A stretch of 62,458 nucleotides of DNA, filler included, from Sphacelaria rigidula (lineage: Eukaryota), in assembly GCA_964200075.2 (NCBI GenBank). It is 6 parts of 6 records of this genome, joined end to end, with 100 filler letters (N's around TTAATTAATTAA, not from the genome) between each part and the next. Parts side by side here need not be neighbours in the genome. Positions count along the whole stretch, not along the records: positions 20,858 to 31,183 come from CAXNAA020006715.1; positions 31,284 to 41,608 come from CAXNAA020006716.1; 4 more parts are not named here. One strand, given 5' to 3'. Positions 25,031 to 37,800 of this stretch are shown here, piece after piece. The notes below the pieces were generated by a model. It did no database searches. It saw nothing but the letters and a program-made list of their open reading frames with translations, and had not been told where the DNA came from. Each line of letters starts with the position of its first letter. Position 1 is the stretch's first letter. The position numbers were made by a program, and so were the translations under genes.

Positions 25031-27533
25031 TTGCGTGTTTGCTTGTTTGTTTGTTTTTGTTCTCTCTTCTTTTTTTTCAGTCTAATCTTTGTGTCTGTCC
25101 TGCCTTTTCGTTTTTTCAGTTTTAGTCTACAGCAAGTGTTCCCTTTTTGTTTTTATCTCGGGCACGCCCGTTTCATGGATAATGGCCATGGATGGATTCC
25201 ATGGAGACGATTTTGGGTGCAATAATCACTCAATTAAGTCAATTTTGTATTGTATCACACAGGTGGTTTTCGCCACGGAGACCCTGGCTGCCGGCGTAAA
25301 CATGCCCGCACGTGCCACGGTGATCACCTCGCTGTCCAAGCGTATCGACACGGGCATCGTTAAGCTCACGCCATCACAGCTTCTTCAGATGGGCGGCAGG
25401 TATTTCCTCGCTGTATTTATGAATACATGGATATATATATATATATAATATATATACAAGCCGTACGGGACCCGGGGCTGCGCCCCGGTCCCGTCCGTCT
25501 TTTTCGAGGGTCTCGGTATTCTTGCTTTGCCAAGCTCTCGTGAGAATAGATCCTTTCTCGAAAGGTTCATGCCCGCCGGAAACATTGCAGGACCACCGCG
25601 ATCGTGCGTCCGTTCGAACGATCGCGAACGCATGTGTACCCCCGCACAAAGTAAAGTACGAATCTGCCAACCGGGCCCCTACCAATGGCATTAGCCCGAA
25701 CAGTCATCTCCCGGGGCGGGTGCGGAGGAACTTGGACAGTAAAATCAGCATTGAATCTCGTGGACGCCTCGTTACAACGGATGCTTCACGCTCGTGCGTT
25801 CGGAATATTCTATATATATATATACTACTTATATATATACTACTTAGAGAGGGGGGGGGCTGGCCTGCTATAGAAGAAATGAACCCTTCACCGGGGGTAT
25901 ATCGATGCGTGTCAATGTCTGGTCACCGTGGATTTGTGGGACTCTTTTTCCGTGTGTGCCTGTGAAATACAGTAGGTGACATTCTATGTCATCCTCCCCC
26001 CCGCCACGCACACAGTGCATTGATCTAATGGATTATTTTTTTTTCCGGTCATCATCGTTTATGTTTGTGTTCATCTTAACTTCCTTTCGTTTTTTTCAGT
26101 TTTTGGGGTACGTTTTGGTGTACTCTTTGTCCGTTGTTTCCTCCCCCCCCCCCCTTTATTGTATTCTTCCGCGCTGTGCATTTTGATATTTCTACATTGT
26201 GCATTATTCTGTTTGATTCCATGATTTCATATTTTTTCTCCTTGCCTTTTTTCTCCTGGTTTTGTTTTTTGCGTTTTTGTTGTTTTCCATTTCTTGTGCT
26301 TTAAGTCGCTCGTGTTTATTAGTTGGAGAAGGGAAAAAAAATCGAACATGCCCTTGGGTTCAAGAACGAAAGAAGGTAGCGCACTTTTCACTTCGGGGTG
26401 CAGCGATGCACATGTCCCGATCCACAAACCTCAGATCCCGCTACGCTCTGATTTTGTTCATTGTGACGTGTGGGCGTGTGTATGACGGCAAGACGTTTTA
26501 CACATATGTAGATCCTTGTGATCTCTCCTACATCAGCGTTTGCGCCCTGCACACATTCGTCGTATCTTTTGGATCTGCGGAGCAACCACCAGCGGGCCAC
26601 AATTTTTCGATCGTTGGGTTTTTCTGCCTTGTCGGCAAGGTGTAATTTTACAAAACAGGGTATGTTTGGGACTGTTCCGCGCGTTCTGTGTGGAGCCAGC
26701 AGTGGGGTCACCATCGAAGAAAACAGGGTGTGATACATTTTAGCTGAGTCGAGTGTATCCTGCTGGTTTGTTGACAAAATAGGGTGCTCTCGCAAGCGCG
26801 CCTTCCCCGCGCCGTAATTAAGCCTGTTGTCATGTGTAAAAAGAGGAAGCTGGGCGTGCGACCCAAACACGTCGATCATGCTGCCCAAACACGTTGAGCG
26901 TGGGGCTGAGGGCGCTGCAACGTGTTGTAGAGGTGCTCAGCCCGTGTGCGGCGCGGCGCCTGGAACCGAAAAGGGTGCGTTCTTTTCTTGTCCCTGAATC
27001 CACAGGTTATGCCCGGTTTCGTCTACTCTACTCGTTACGTTCCCTCAGTTCTACTATATTATTAACTTTCATCATTTTCTGTTTCGTTAGTGTTGTTTTA
27101 GCGTGGTGAAAACACATGGCCGGACCGGCGATAGATATCTGTTTGCGCAGTCGTGGTACTTTTTGTCGAAACGGAACCTACAAGGTATTTGCTTTTCCTT
27201 CTTATACCGCTACCGCTACAGTATCGATCCGTTGTAAAATCCTTGGTGTTTGAAACCTCGACCGTAGAATCTACGGGAACTACCGGTCCCGTTTCACCTT
27301 TGTGCACCCGCAAAATTTTGGCATATAATGAAATGTGATAAGCAATGCGTAATTTGGTGTCGATGGTTTTTGCCATTGTTTGCTACACGATATTTTGTTG
27401 GTGACATTGCCTTCAATATTGAGTTGAGCATTATTATGTGGAGTTATTTGGCTTGCGTGCCACTATTGCGTCTTGTTGCGAAGTCACTGGTTGCTTGACG
27501 AATGATGAGGCAGTCAGTGGGCGGAATAACGTT

Positions 27534-27571
<38 letters not shown>

Positions 27572-29838
27572 TGGGGCCTATTATAACCCCTTCTTGAAAC
27601 CCCCCGCAACTCGTATAGGGATTGCCCCCATAACGACCAGTCTGAGTCTCATCGACAAGCAGTTTTGTACAGATCGAAGTCCAGATTTGCACACAGATCC
27701 AGAAAACGCGACGACTCTGAGAATGTTCGTGAATCCAACTTCTCTGTACTGCTACATGCAAGACGTAAGAAGGGCAACACGGGAACGACGTACAGAGTCC
27801 CAAAAAACACGCACAGACACCCACCACTCACGCGATTGAGTTCCAGCGGTACCCATAGCTAATAATCTACACACGGCAGTCGTTCACGGAAATGAACGTT
27901 CTGTATCGGGAGAATGGCGGCCGTGTGCTCTCAAATTTCCATCAAAAACGTGTCGTTGCTGACGGTTTGTGTGCATGTGCTGTGCGCGCCTCTCAGATGA
28001 ATCATCGTTTTCCATTTGACTCTGAACAGTTTTTTGCAAGGTCACGCACACTGTGCTCCACTGATGACGATCTCTGGCTCCAGCAAATGTTTCTGGTTTG
28101 CGGGAGCATCATGTTCCTCAAATTTTCTGATTGTCTTGGGTCGTATGACAAGCTTTTGCATGTGCCCATGTAAGCGAAACATGTATGTTCGACATGTCCG
28201 GAAATTCCCTTTCGAGGAGGGGGCTTCTGGGCACGTTTTTCGCGGGGTGGTATCGCAGCGACCAATGGGCGGTCGTTTTGAGAAACGGGGATTTTGAAAA
28301 GGGGATAATACCCTTCGAAGAGAACCCGTCCAAGGTGTATGATCGGAGGATCTTCCGAAAACAGATATCCCAACCAGGTCAAGCAATAGATCAGGTCCAA
28401 GGCTGACTACAAATTTCTCCGAAATATTAGCGATACATTTTTATTTCAGCAGTTTCGTTCCGGGTAGAAGTCGGGGAAAAAAGCTCGAGCTTTTCGGCAA
28501 ACGTTGGAGAAGAAAAATGCAAATTAGGCCTCGTACATAGGATCCTCAACGGGAACAGCAACAGAAACAAATGATGACATTCTGAATAATTACGGCAGTG
28601 AATGAAATAACCCTTCCGAGTAATCATGCTATTCCTCATAAAATATTATCTTTTTTTCATGGTTGATGTATGAATAAAGTGATCTATTACGTTGCTTATG
28701 ACCGAGGGGTACTGCTGCTATACTGCTACTACTGTTGATACCAGTAAAGTAATAACAGTATGTTACTGGAAAATAACACAGGGCTGGAAGGCGAGGCAAA
28801 GACGTGTCCGGCTCCGTTATTCTGATGCGATCTCGCTACGACGACTGCATCGAGGCGCACCGTTTGCTCATGGCACCCATGGATGGCATTCAGTCGCAAT
28901 TCAAATCCAGCTACGGCATGGCGGTTGGGGTACTGCGTACGAGGAATATGGAGTCGGCTAAGATTGTGGTGGAGAAGAGTTTCGGAAATTTCCTGCGGCA
29001 GAAACGGCTCGGGCCGGTTCAGGTGATTGATGAGAACGATGGAATATGATTCGAGTACGTTTTCGAAACCTTGTCTCCGTGTGTTGGTTGGTGGTGATGC
29101 TTATGTTGTTGTTTCGCGGTGATGGTAAGTATTATTATTTTGTTTTCGCAAGTTAGCTCGATATCTCTAACCCGCGGTCACAGACGGAGATTTGCTTTTC
29201 CAATACCGTTACCCTACTATTCTTTATACGAAATAGAAGCGCTGATTAGCAATATGATTCGATTTGATTATGTTTTCCTTCGCGCCTTGAAATCCTACTT
29301 GTGTGCTAAGTCCTCGGTGCACCGTTGAAATAGTCACACAACACACAATATCACTTCATAGTTCTTCTTAAAAATAGAGTTGAATGCGATAGAAAACGTT
29401 GGGAGCAGTGGGGGACAGAGTCCGGAATATCCTCGAGAAGAGAGGTGAGGGATTGGTGTGGAAAATAAAACGAGAAAAGTGTCGAAGAAAAGCATCCATT
29501 TGAGTGAACTACACTTTGTTGCATTCCTGATCACGAGTACGTTTTGATGGCATTTTCGACTTTCAATGTTCCTATCTTGCATTTTTTATCATTACATCCG
29601 TCACATTAGCTCCATCTCTCAAACCCGTGGTGCAATCACTTTTTTCTCCCCCAGTTTTTTGTAACGTCTTTGTTTCATGTCTCATGTAGTGTAGGTTGAA
29701 GCTAAGGCGGCAGAGAGAAGACTGAAGGAGATACAAGAGCAGCTTGGCGGGCTAGAGCTAAGCGAAGCCAAATTTTTCCGAAAGCTGTGGGAAAGACTGA
29801 AATCTGAACAGGGCATCTTGAAGTTCCTCGAGGATCAG
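21824..29838 (+). CDS. ISE2: Ski2-family DExH-box RNA helicase, ISE2/HelY-like (partial)
   Basis: Phase-consistent exons: 21824-21943 (QGISTHHAGLLPVFKSFVEELFADALVK), 25263-25399 (VVFATETLAAGVNMPARATVI...QMGGR), 28782-29022 (AGRRGKD...SQFKSSYGMAVGVL...AKIVVEKSFGNFL) and 29695-29838. Motif VI QMGGRAGRRG spans a junction. The symbol is a best subfamily guess. Confidence 0.9.
22380..22413 (+). repeat. (TAA)n microsatellite
   Basis: Perfect trinucleotide run. Confidence 0.95.
23790..24122 (-). mobile_element. tRNA-derived SINE family B
   Basis: A/B-box head plus a ~330-bp body colinear with 60755-61075. Confidence 0.75.
25457..25850 (-). mobile_element. Non-autonomous Helitron-like element
   Basis: The minus strand starts TC(TC)TAAGTAGTATATATATAAG and ends with a ~30-nt GC hairpin (ACGGGACCGGGGCGCAGCCCCGGGTCCCGT) a few nt before CTTG|T. 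No TIR or TSD. Confidence 0.6.
27534..27571 (+). repeat. (GTA)n microsatellite
   Basis: Perfect trinucleotide run. Confidence 0.95.
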
Positions 29839-30049
29839 GTATTCCATGTATTCGGCACTGGTTTTGTGAATAACTCTATGCGTTCTTAGGCACACACAGA
29901 CCATTATCGAGATATAACCGTGCCCTGTGTGTGTCGATGCATGGTTCATTCATCGGAGGCGACACCTTACAGAGATACTTGAAATGTATTGTTTGGCTTG
30001 AAGGTGGTTCGATTTATTCATTTGTTTATCCTCCCACCCCCCGTCACGT

Positions 30050-30802
30050 GACTTCCAATCCCTCCCCTTCCTGTGGACGAGTTCGTGGTCTAAATGGATC
30101 TATCCGGTACACGCCTCCTTACATTTTGGGTCTCGCGGATTGGATCACGGCCAGCACCTCTGTACCGCGTCAACTGTCGTCAAACGAGCTATTTGTTTTA
30201 GTCATTCCTCACGCTTTCGAAGGCGGAAATCAAATATATCGTACTTGTACTTACCAAAAAAACACCAAGCGCATTTGGCGGGAAACACGGGATTTTACAA
30301 ATTGGGAATGGATCTTTTATTGGGGGTGAGAAACCCGGAGAATTAAAATATTCGTATCCACACCAAATCTTTGAAATATGGTTCGATTTATTCACCTCCT
30401 GATTGCTATTGACGACTGCTACACGCCATAGAAATTTCAATTTCGATCACCGAACTGTTGAGGTCCTAGGTGAAAAACTCATTTGGGGGAATTTCGGGTG
30501 CCCGAACGGACGCCAAAATGGTTCCGAAAATGGTGTTTCACCCAGGATCCAAACATTTCGGTGATCGAAATCCAAATTTCTATGGCGTATAGCAGTTGTC
30601 AATAGCAATCAGTAGGTGAAGAAATGGAACCATATTTCGAAGACTTGGTGTGGATACGAAGATTATAATTCTCCGCGTTTCTCATCCCCAATAAAATATC
30701 CATTCCCATTTGTAAGATCCCGTGTTGGGAGTCGAAGCCACGTTCTCTTCACCCTGAAGGTGTCAGTCGGCCCATTTTCACATAGTCCACCGGGGCGCGG
30801 CA
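30050..30802 (-). mobile_element. tRNA-derived SINE family A, interrupted by a foldback MITE
   Basis: Head GCCGCGCCCCGGTGG...GGCTTCGACTCCC at 30802-30727; diverged family A body and tail at ~30280-30050. Confidence 0.6.
30284..30726. mobile_element. Foldback MITE with ~200-bp TIRs and a 4-bp GGGA duplication
   Basis: AACACGGGAT(T/C)TTACAAAT... arms are inverted; GGGA at 30280-30283 and 30727-30730. Confidence 0.85.
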
Positions 30803-31183
30803 GCAAGTATTGACGGACGTCGCCGGACTCCCGAAAACCGGGAATATCGTCACGTCGTGTCTTGAAAAGCAATCACCGCCCTGTTGAGACAAGTGTGGCC
30901 TCTCTTCTCTGATTTCGCTTGGCTCCTGGGTTTAGCAAATCAGAGCGTGCGTGTCATGACCAAAACATGGGTGATGTGGGAGGCACAGTCGTAGGAGTGT
31001 CGTTGTGGTGCAATTTCCAGTGGCACAAAATGGAGAGGTGCCGGCATAGAGCGCATCACGGTCGGTTCATGCATGACTCGCTCTTGAAGCATTCGAAAAT
31101 CAAGATGCCAGGTTTCGCATTGGTATCTTCTTCTCTCTTCTCATTTTTATTCTTGGTAATATGCCTTGTAAGGAATAGCAGGG

Positions 31184-31283
31184 NNNNNNNNNNNNNNNNN
31201 NNNNNNNNNNNNNNNNNNNNNNNNNNNTTAATTAATTAANNNNNNNNNNNNNNNNNNNNNNNNNNNNNNNNNNNNNNNNNNNN
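31184..31283. other. Artificial contig linker
   Basis: Same N44-TTAATTAATTAA-N44 linker. Confidence 0.98.
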
Positions 31284-34200
31284 GAGCAGCAGCACACTAT
31301 ACATCAAACGCACACATGCACGCTAGAGAACTTCATGGGCCTTTGCCCCCAACGCTCCCCAAATACGGAAACACAATACCACATACGGTATGCGAAAGAC
31401 AGAACAGAACATTCACGACGACGCCAACCCCTCTCTCCCGAGGAAAGCCGCGGGCGCTCGTACAGAGCCACCCAGGAATTTCACGTGCAGGAACAATTAT
31501 TTTCTCCCTACTTCACTCCCAAACCTCTAACGTTCCGGGGAAAAGCGGACGCAGGGGGGTCACTATTTATTTTTCATTCTTCATTTTTGGTGAACCCGTC
31601 CCTGCATATCTCACGACAACGTCAGCTCACGATCTGAGCAAAAACACACGCAGATGACCCAGTGTCGGAACACCGCCTTCCCCGGAAAATCCGGTGATGT
31701 ACGAAATTACGACGTGCCTCCATGTAATTTCATCGTCCGTCGTGCGCACGAACCGGGCGGTTGGGAAGAGCTGAAAGAGGCGGGGTGGGTGGATGCTACA
31801 CACGCACATGCCAACACTTCGCGCCCGCTTATACGCGCCGCCCGTCCGGTGTAAAGGCGGTTAGCGCGGCGGCGATTCAGGCCGCACCTCATAGCAAGAA
31901 AATATATCGGCTTCATGCCTTGTTCCCTTACAGTTCTCCCCCCGTGAATAGGAAGAGGAGACACGCCGCCTAGTAAACTTTTTTGTAGATGGTGTGTGAG
32001 GTAACAACCAACACTGAAATATTTGAAAATCACTTACGCATCTTCCCTCGCGGCAAAGATGAAAAAAGGTATGTATGTAAAAGATACATTTCCTCCAAAA
32101 ATCCGGAAGGGAACCAGAAAGAAGGAAGAGGAAAAAAAACACCACCAGAAATACGGTAAAAGAGGAAGAAACCAACAGGAAGAAAAAAAGCGGAATCAAT
32201 CACAGAAAAATCACACATTTTTTCATGTTTGTACCGACTACGACTACATCGAAGCGGTACATTTTCATGTAATCATGCGGGCAACTGAACCCAAGGGTAC
32301 TCGGTCTTTCGCCAAAAAAAAGACGAACTGACGACAACTCTGTTGCCACACGCGTAAAGGAGGGGACACGAGAAAGAAGAAAAAAAAAGACAGAGGAAAA
32401 CACGGCGGAAGAAGATTAGAGATCGGGCAACAAACACGGCTGTATTTTCTTTCTCGCCGTAACGTTGCGCACGGACCGACGGATTGGTGTCAGTGCATAT
32501 AACGAAGACAAAAAAAGACATGGGGCAACAGTTCAGACCAGGACAATACAACAGTTCAATCTACCCTCCCGCTCCCCGCACACGGCAAGCATGATGTAAA
32601 TATTCATACCGTTGACATCAAACACGGACAAGGAAAAAACAAAATCTAGAGTACGTTTCCCGCCGCCATGAACATCCAGTTCGACGGTTTGAATATTTGT
32701 TGCCAAGGTAACAATCTACGAGATAACACAACCGTCACGGGTGAGCCCCCGAAGACATCCCACCGATCCCGAGGAAAATGTCGAAATGAGAACGAGAAAA
32801 AATATCTCGAAACGCCGAAAAGAAGAGAAGACCAAAACGAAATCACGGACGACGGAAAACATTCCGGAAAGCCGACAACAAAAAAGATACATCAATGCCG
32901 ACGAGAAGAAATATCTCGGAATACCGACGATGCCCAACACCTCAAAATACGGACGAGAAAGAGAGAGGCGAAGAAGCAAAATCCTCCACGTCCTCTTTCC
33001 CGCTGGTCGTCTTCCAGGAAAGAGGCCGAACAACAAAAAATGTCAAAACTGTAAGCCACGCACGGTATACGCTGCTGTCAGCAATCACAGTTCCAGCTAG
33101 TATTTGAAACGAAGCCGATTCGGCCTGTTTAGGCGGAACATGGCAGGATGCAAATGCAGGCGGGTGCGATCTCACCGTCGCTGGAGACACACAATGAAAG
33201 ATCGGAACGACAGCTTTCAGATAGCGGTCGATACAGGGTGCCATCACCCAGTCCCCCAGACAGGAGGAGGGAAGGCAAGACGCCATCGCAACACAGCAAG
33301 CACAGCCAGTTCATGCTGTTCACCTGCTCCTCTCTGCAGAAAGCCATCAAACACAGCGACGCGCAGTCGCCCACACGAAGCTCTTCCCCCTCCTGATTTC
33401 CAAGCCGATCACCAAGCCAACTACCCCAGACGTGAAGAACCATCATACCACACCATCAATGCGAAAGAAAAAAATCAGCAAAGTAACGCGATGCCTGTAT
33501 CCATTACTGACATTCCCACGCCATCCAGATCAGCCTCACCCACCCTTCCTGTGCAGCGCATGTACGGCCTCGTGTTACCCGCAATCAAGCGAAGCAGAGA
33601 GCCGTTTGGTGACGCTCCATTCTCAGCACGGATGGTTACAGCAGAAGCCCGGAAAACCACAAGAGCACCTACTGGGTGTTTGCTCCCCCTTTTTCCCCCC
33701 TCAATCTACCAATCTTTTCCAATCCCCTTCTCTCCCCGATATCAATTCCCTGATATGATATACCTGCCATGTCCCCCTTCGCATATAGCACAAGAGAGGA
33801 CCGCAATATCAGCAAGCACAGCACAGCACAACACTACGTAACAGTATCCAGCATACACGATTCTCCTTCCCCCCTTCATACCCTCAAAATATCTCAACTC
33901 ATGACACACTGTTGTTTCCACGCTCCTTCGTAACGCACGAATGCACGCACACAGGTACCTGACCCAATCCGAGATATATTCAAGGGTCGGCATACGTTAA
34001 ACTCAGCACCCTCAACCAACTCATTTCCCCCTCCCCCTCTCCCCCTTCCCCCACGACAAAATCATTCTCCTCCATCTCAGCTGAGCACGCCCCACGTGAC
34101 CTCTTTTTCTGTGGAAACTTGAGGGCACAAGAACGGTATGGGCCACCACCACACTTCGCGTACAAAGCATAACATGCTGCTGCGCGAAACACTACACGTC

Positions 34201-34865
34201 ATCCTCCTCGAATGGAACAGCGAGTCATCACAAATCTCACATACCTCCCCAAGCAATACGACAGCCAGCCGCAAGACGCATCGAGATAATGACAAAGGCG
34301 AGTACCGCGCCTAAAAATAAAAAAACGAAAAAGAAGAAAAAAAAGAGAGGGAAAACATTTCGTGGTGGAGAGAGAGGGAAGTAGGAGCAAGGGGGAAAGT
34401 AAAAGCAGTTCTATCCGCCCGTTTCCAACACAACACGACGACTACAGCTTGTTTGTTGCGGTACAGCCGTGTGCACACCCGGCCACGCCGTGCACCCTCG
34501 CCCCTCCCGCCATCAAGAGTCCCCCGATAATAGAGCAAAAATCGGCACGCTCGCCGAGACTTCTGGAGGGCTGTCACAACTGACGGAGAACAATAAACAA
34601 AAATCTTCTGCCCACTTCCTCTGCGGACCAACAGACGAACAGAGTAAAGGCACACGGGCAATACTGGCTTCACACGATTCACTCAATATCCGGCAGGAAT
34701 AGTCCCCGCTGTACACCTAGGGGGAGACAGTATACCTCCACCACGCAGGACAGCTTCTACTCCCGAACAGAAGAAGCAGGGCGCGGTGTGCAGCTGGACG
34801 GGGTCGGGAGGATGCGGCGTGCATGCTCCTTACCCACATCTTGCAGGCAGGATCGGCTTGAGCCC

Positions 34866-37800
34866 CTAATAAAAGAGAGTGCTGATGTTCAGCATGAGAC
34901 TACCCACGGCCAAGACGATGGCCGGGATAAAGTGATACCACGTGTAGGCGGTCATCCTGTTGGGGAGGGTGCGGGATTCAAGCGATGACGTTCCGGGAAC
35001 GAAAGCAAGAGACATGTCTTACGAAAATATTGAAGTATCAGAGGGGGGGGAGGGGGTGTACTCATGATCTCGCATGTTCAAGCCATGAGACTGTGAACCA
35101 TTGCATGTTTGGTATCACATATCTTGGTTTGACAGAAGAGGCAGTCTTACGCTGCATTTCATGTGTGAGCAGTGCATTGACAACACTATCAACGACAACG
35201 CCATTAGGCAAACAAGAAGAGAAAATTGACGAACGTCATATATTTGAATTTTCAAGAAATATAAAAACGCTCCGACAACTGCACTTTGAAATGCCCAAGA
35301 CGGTGAAAAAAGACACGCACACTTGACACAGAAATAGAAACGCAGGAGAACAGCTGGCAGGAAACAAGGAAGCTAAGCTACGGAACTTGCCTCCAGGCGG
35401 AGCCGCCCACGATCAGAAAGGTAATCAATGTATTCCAGCCCAGCATCAACTTCACCGACGATCTGTATGTCGCCGACGCCGCCCTGTCGAAAAAGATCAC
35501 ACGAAGAGGCAATAACCGCCGGAAAAAAAAGGGTTCGATCAAGCTTCGGAAGATGCGGGAGAAAGAGACAAACGTTGGGGCGACATTACGCGGTCATGAT
35601 CCACAAACGAGTCGTGCGACGATAGAAGCGTACAAATATTTGAAATGTTATCAGGGCCGGCGCACTAGAGTTAGTTACAGAAGCTCGCGCACCCGCATTA
35701 GTGCAGTTGAGACATGGTTCGCGTCCGAACGGGGGGCGATCCTCTCCCGGCTAAAACATCACAAGATACAAAAAAAATACAAGGTGAAACATTCCAACGT
35801 GATTTTTTGGCAAATTTGTGCGCGCATGTACAGTACAGTAGCACGACTCTAACGCGATGCGAAAAATAGGCGGCCAGGTAACCAGAGCATGAAAATCTTC
35901 GACGAAAGTACAGGTGCGGCAGTGTATGCATGCACCCACCCATGAGACGCAGAGATGAACTTTGGTTGTTCAAAAGCACCGCGTCACAGTCAACATGAAC
36001 AAAAATGAGGACAAAAATGAGGACTGCGCCGGTCGACGATATCTCCCAGAAACTAACAGTCAGGAATGAATCCGAGCAGCGCGACATCCGTCAACATGGC
36101 CGAGAGGAAAGAAAAACAACAAGAGTCAGCTGATGTAAGCGGGAAAAACCTCACCTTGACGATCCACCGGCGCCGGAGGGTACCCACGGCGCCGATCGCC
36201 CCATGACACGGTCTTTGATCGCGTACATATGAGCGTAGCTGCAAGCCAAATCGAAAAAGAACAAGAGGAAAAAAAAAAGTATGTAACGTCAACTTGAATC
36301 AGCAAAACTTCGAAGACTCTCCGTCACGAAAAACATGAGACATACGATAACGAGCACATTCGTGATAAAATACGCTACTGCTCGTAACGCGGTCACATAT
36401 CATCATCGGAGATAAGCGGGGAGGTGGAAGTACCCTTGACCTTCCATACCGCAGCTTCATGATCATTGGCCTCGGATCCCTACATGGCCGGGGGGGGGGC
36501 ACTTCGAAGTGTGCAAACGTCCCGACAGCTCAAGAGCTACCAGGATATTACGTCTCATTAGACTGTTGATCCAGATCAGCTAGCTCATCTTGCTACTATT
36601 TCCATATTAGCTCCCGACAGCGATTGACGCTGAGCACATGGTGTAGCGGGAAGGTAACGCTTTCACTTCTCGAACACTACCGTCACGTATTCTGTGTTCC
36701 TGTACAAGAGATCGGAGAGTTCTCTTCGATTAGTAATCTCGAATACTTCATGAACTGTTCGAGGTGTGGACGTGTGCATGTCCCATAGTATACGCGCCAA
36801 TGAGTTCCACAGGCGCAGCAGCAGCAGCAGCAGCATGAGGTAACACCATCTAGTTCGACAAACTCCTTCTTAGAGAAGGCACTGGGCAATGGCCCATGCC
36901 CAACGCGCTACAAAGGTGTTTCAGAAACACGTGACCAGCGCTCCTCACCACTGAATGATTTTGACGCGGTGACAGGCCATCCCGTAACGCTGCTTCGACC
37001 AGCACGGCATGATTATCGCCGCGAAGATGATGGATGGCAAAGCGAACAACGAGTGGTACCAGAGAACTCCGTCGGCCTTAATCCACACCAGCAGAAGAAT
37101 GGGGACCGGCGCGAGGAACACAAGCTGTTTCCGCAGGACAGCGTTGTTATTTGATGATGACGTTCCGTGTGCCGTGGTAGCGTCCCGTAACCCGTCGATG
37201 AGTGCAACATGAGGTCCATTCCCCGACACGCGTACACCCCGCGCGGGAGAAGCAAGCAGAAACGAAAAATATCCGGAGTAAGAAAAAAATATTGTGTACA
37301 AAATGCGGACGGCGGAGAGCCTTCGATCGCCGTGCGGGCGAAAACGACAGGCAGAAACATTGATGAACGGTTAGCCTTCGGCTTCGAGGTTCACCAACAG
37401 GGTCCTGTCTTGGTGCGGTGGATCTGGAGCCTGATATGACCGCACTGTGCGGGTACACTGCAATCAATCACTTGATGTGGCGGAGTGAATACATCGATTA
37501 GTCGGACACATCAATGATTCTTCTGGAAATTACTTGGTTTTAGTCTGATTGATTCGAATAGTACGAATCCCTAGGAATTGTTTTCAGCGTTGGAACAAAG
37601 GTACACGCAGCCCAGGTATGTGGGATGGGGCACAAGTTGCGGGGATATCACTTGGACCAGCGGTCAACGTTAATTTTTATTTTGGGCAATCAGTTCAAAG
37701 AAATGGTGGATTTGGTGATTCGAGCCCGTGATGATTCGTCCTAAACGTGAATCCATTCCCACCTCTATACCGGAATCTCGCGCTTCGGAGGATCGCACTG

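Noticed and set aside
30727-30802. tRNA-like head with TTCA in the loop (possible tRNA-Sec or suppressor)
   Set aside because: There is no proper cloverleaf or long variable arm, and the sister copy at 12840-12903 has a different loop. It is a SINE head.
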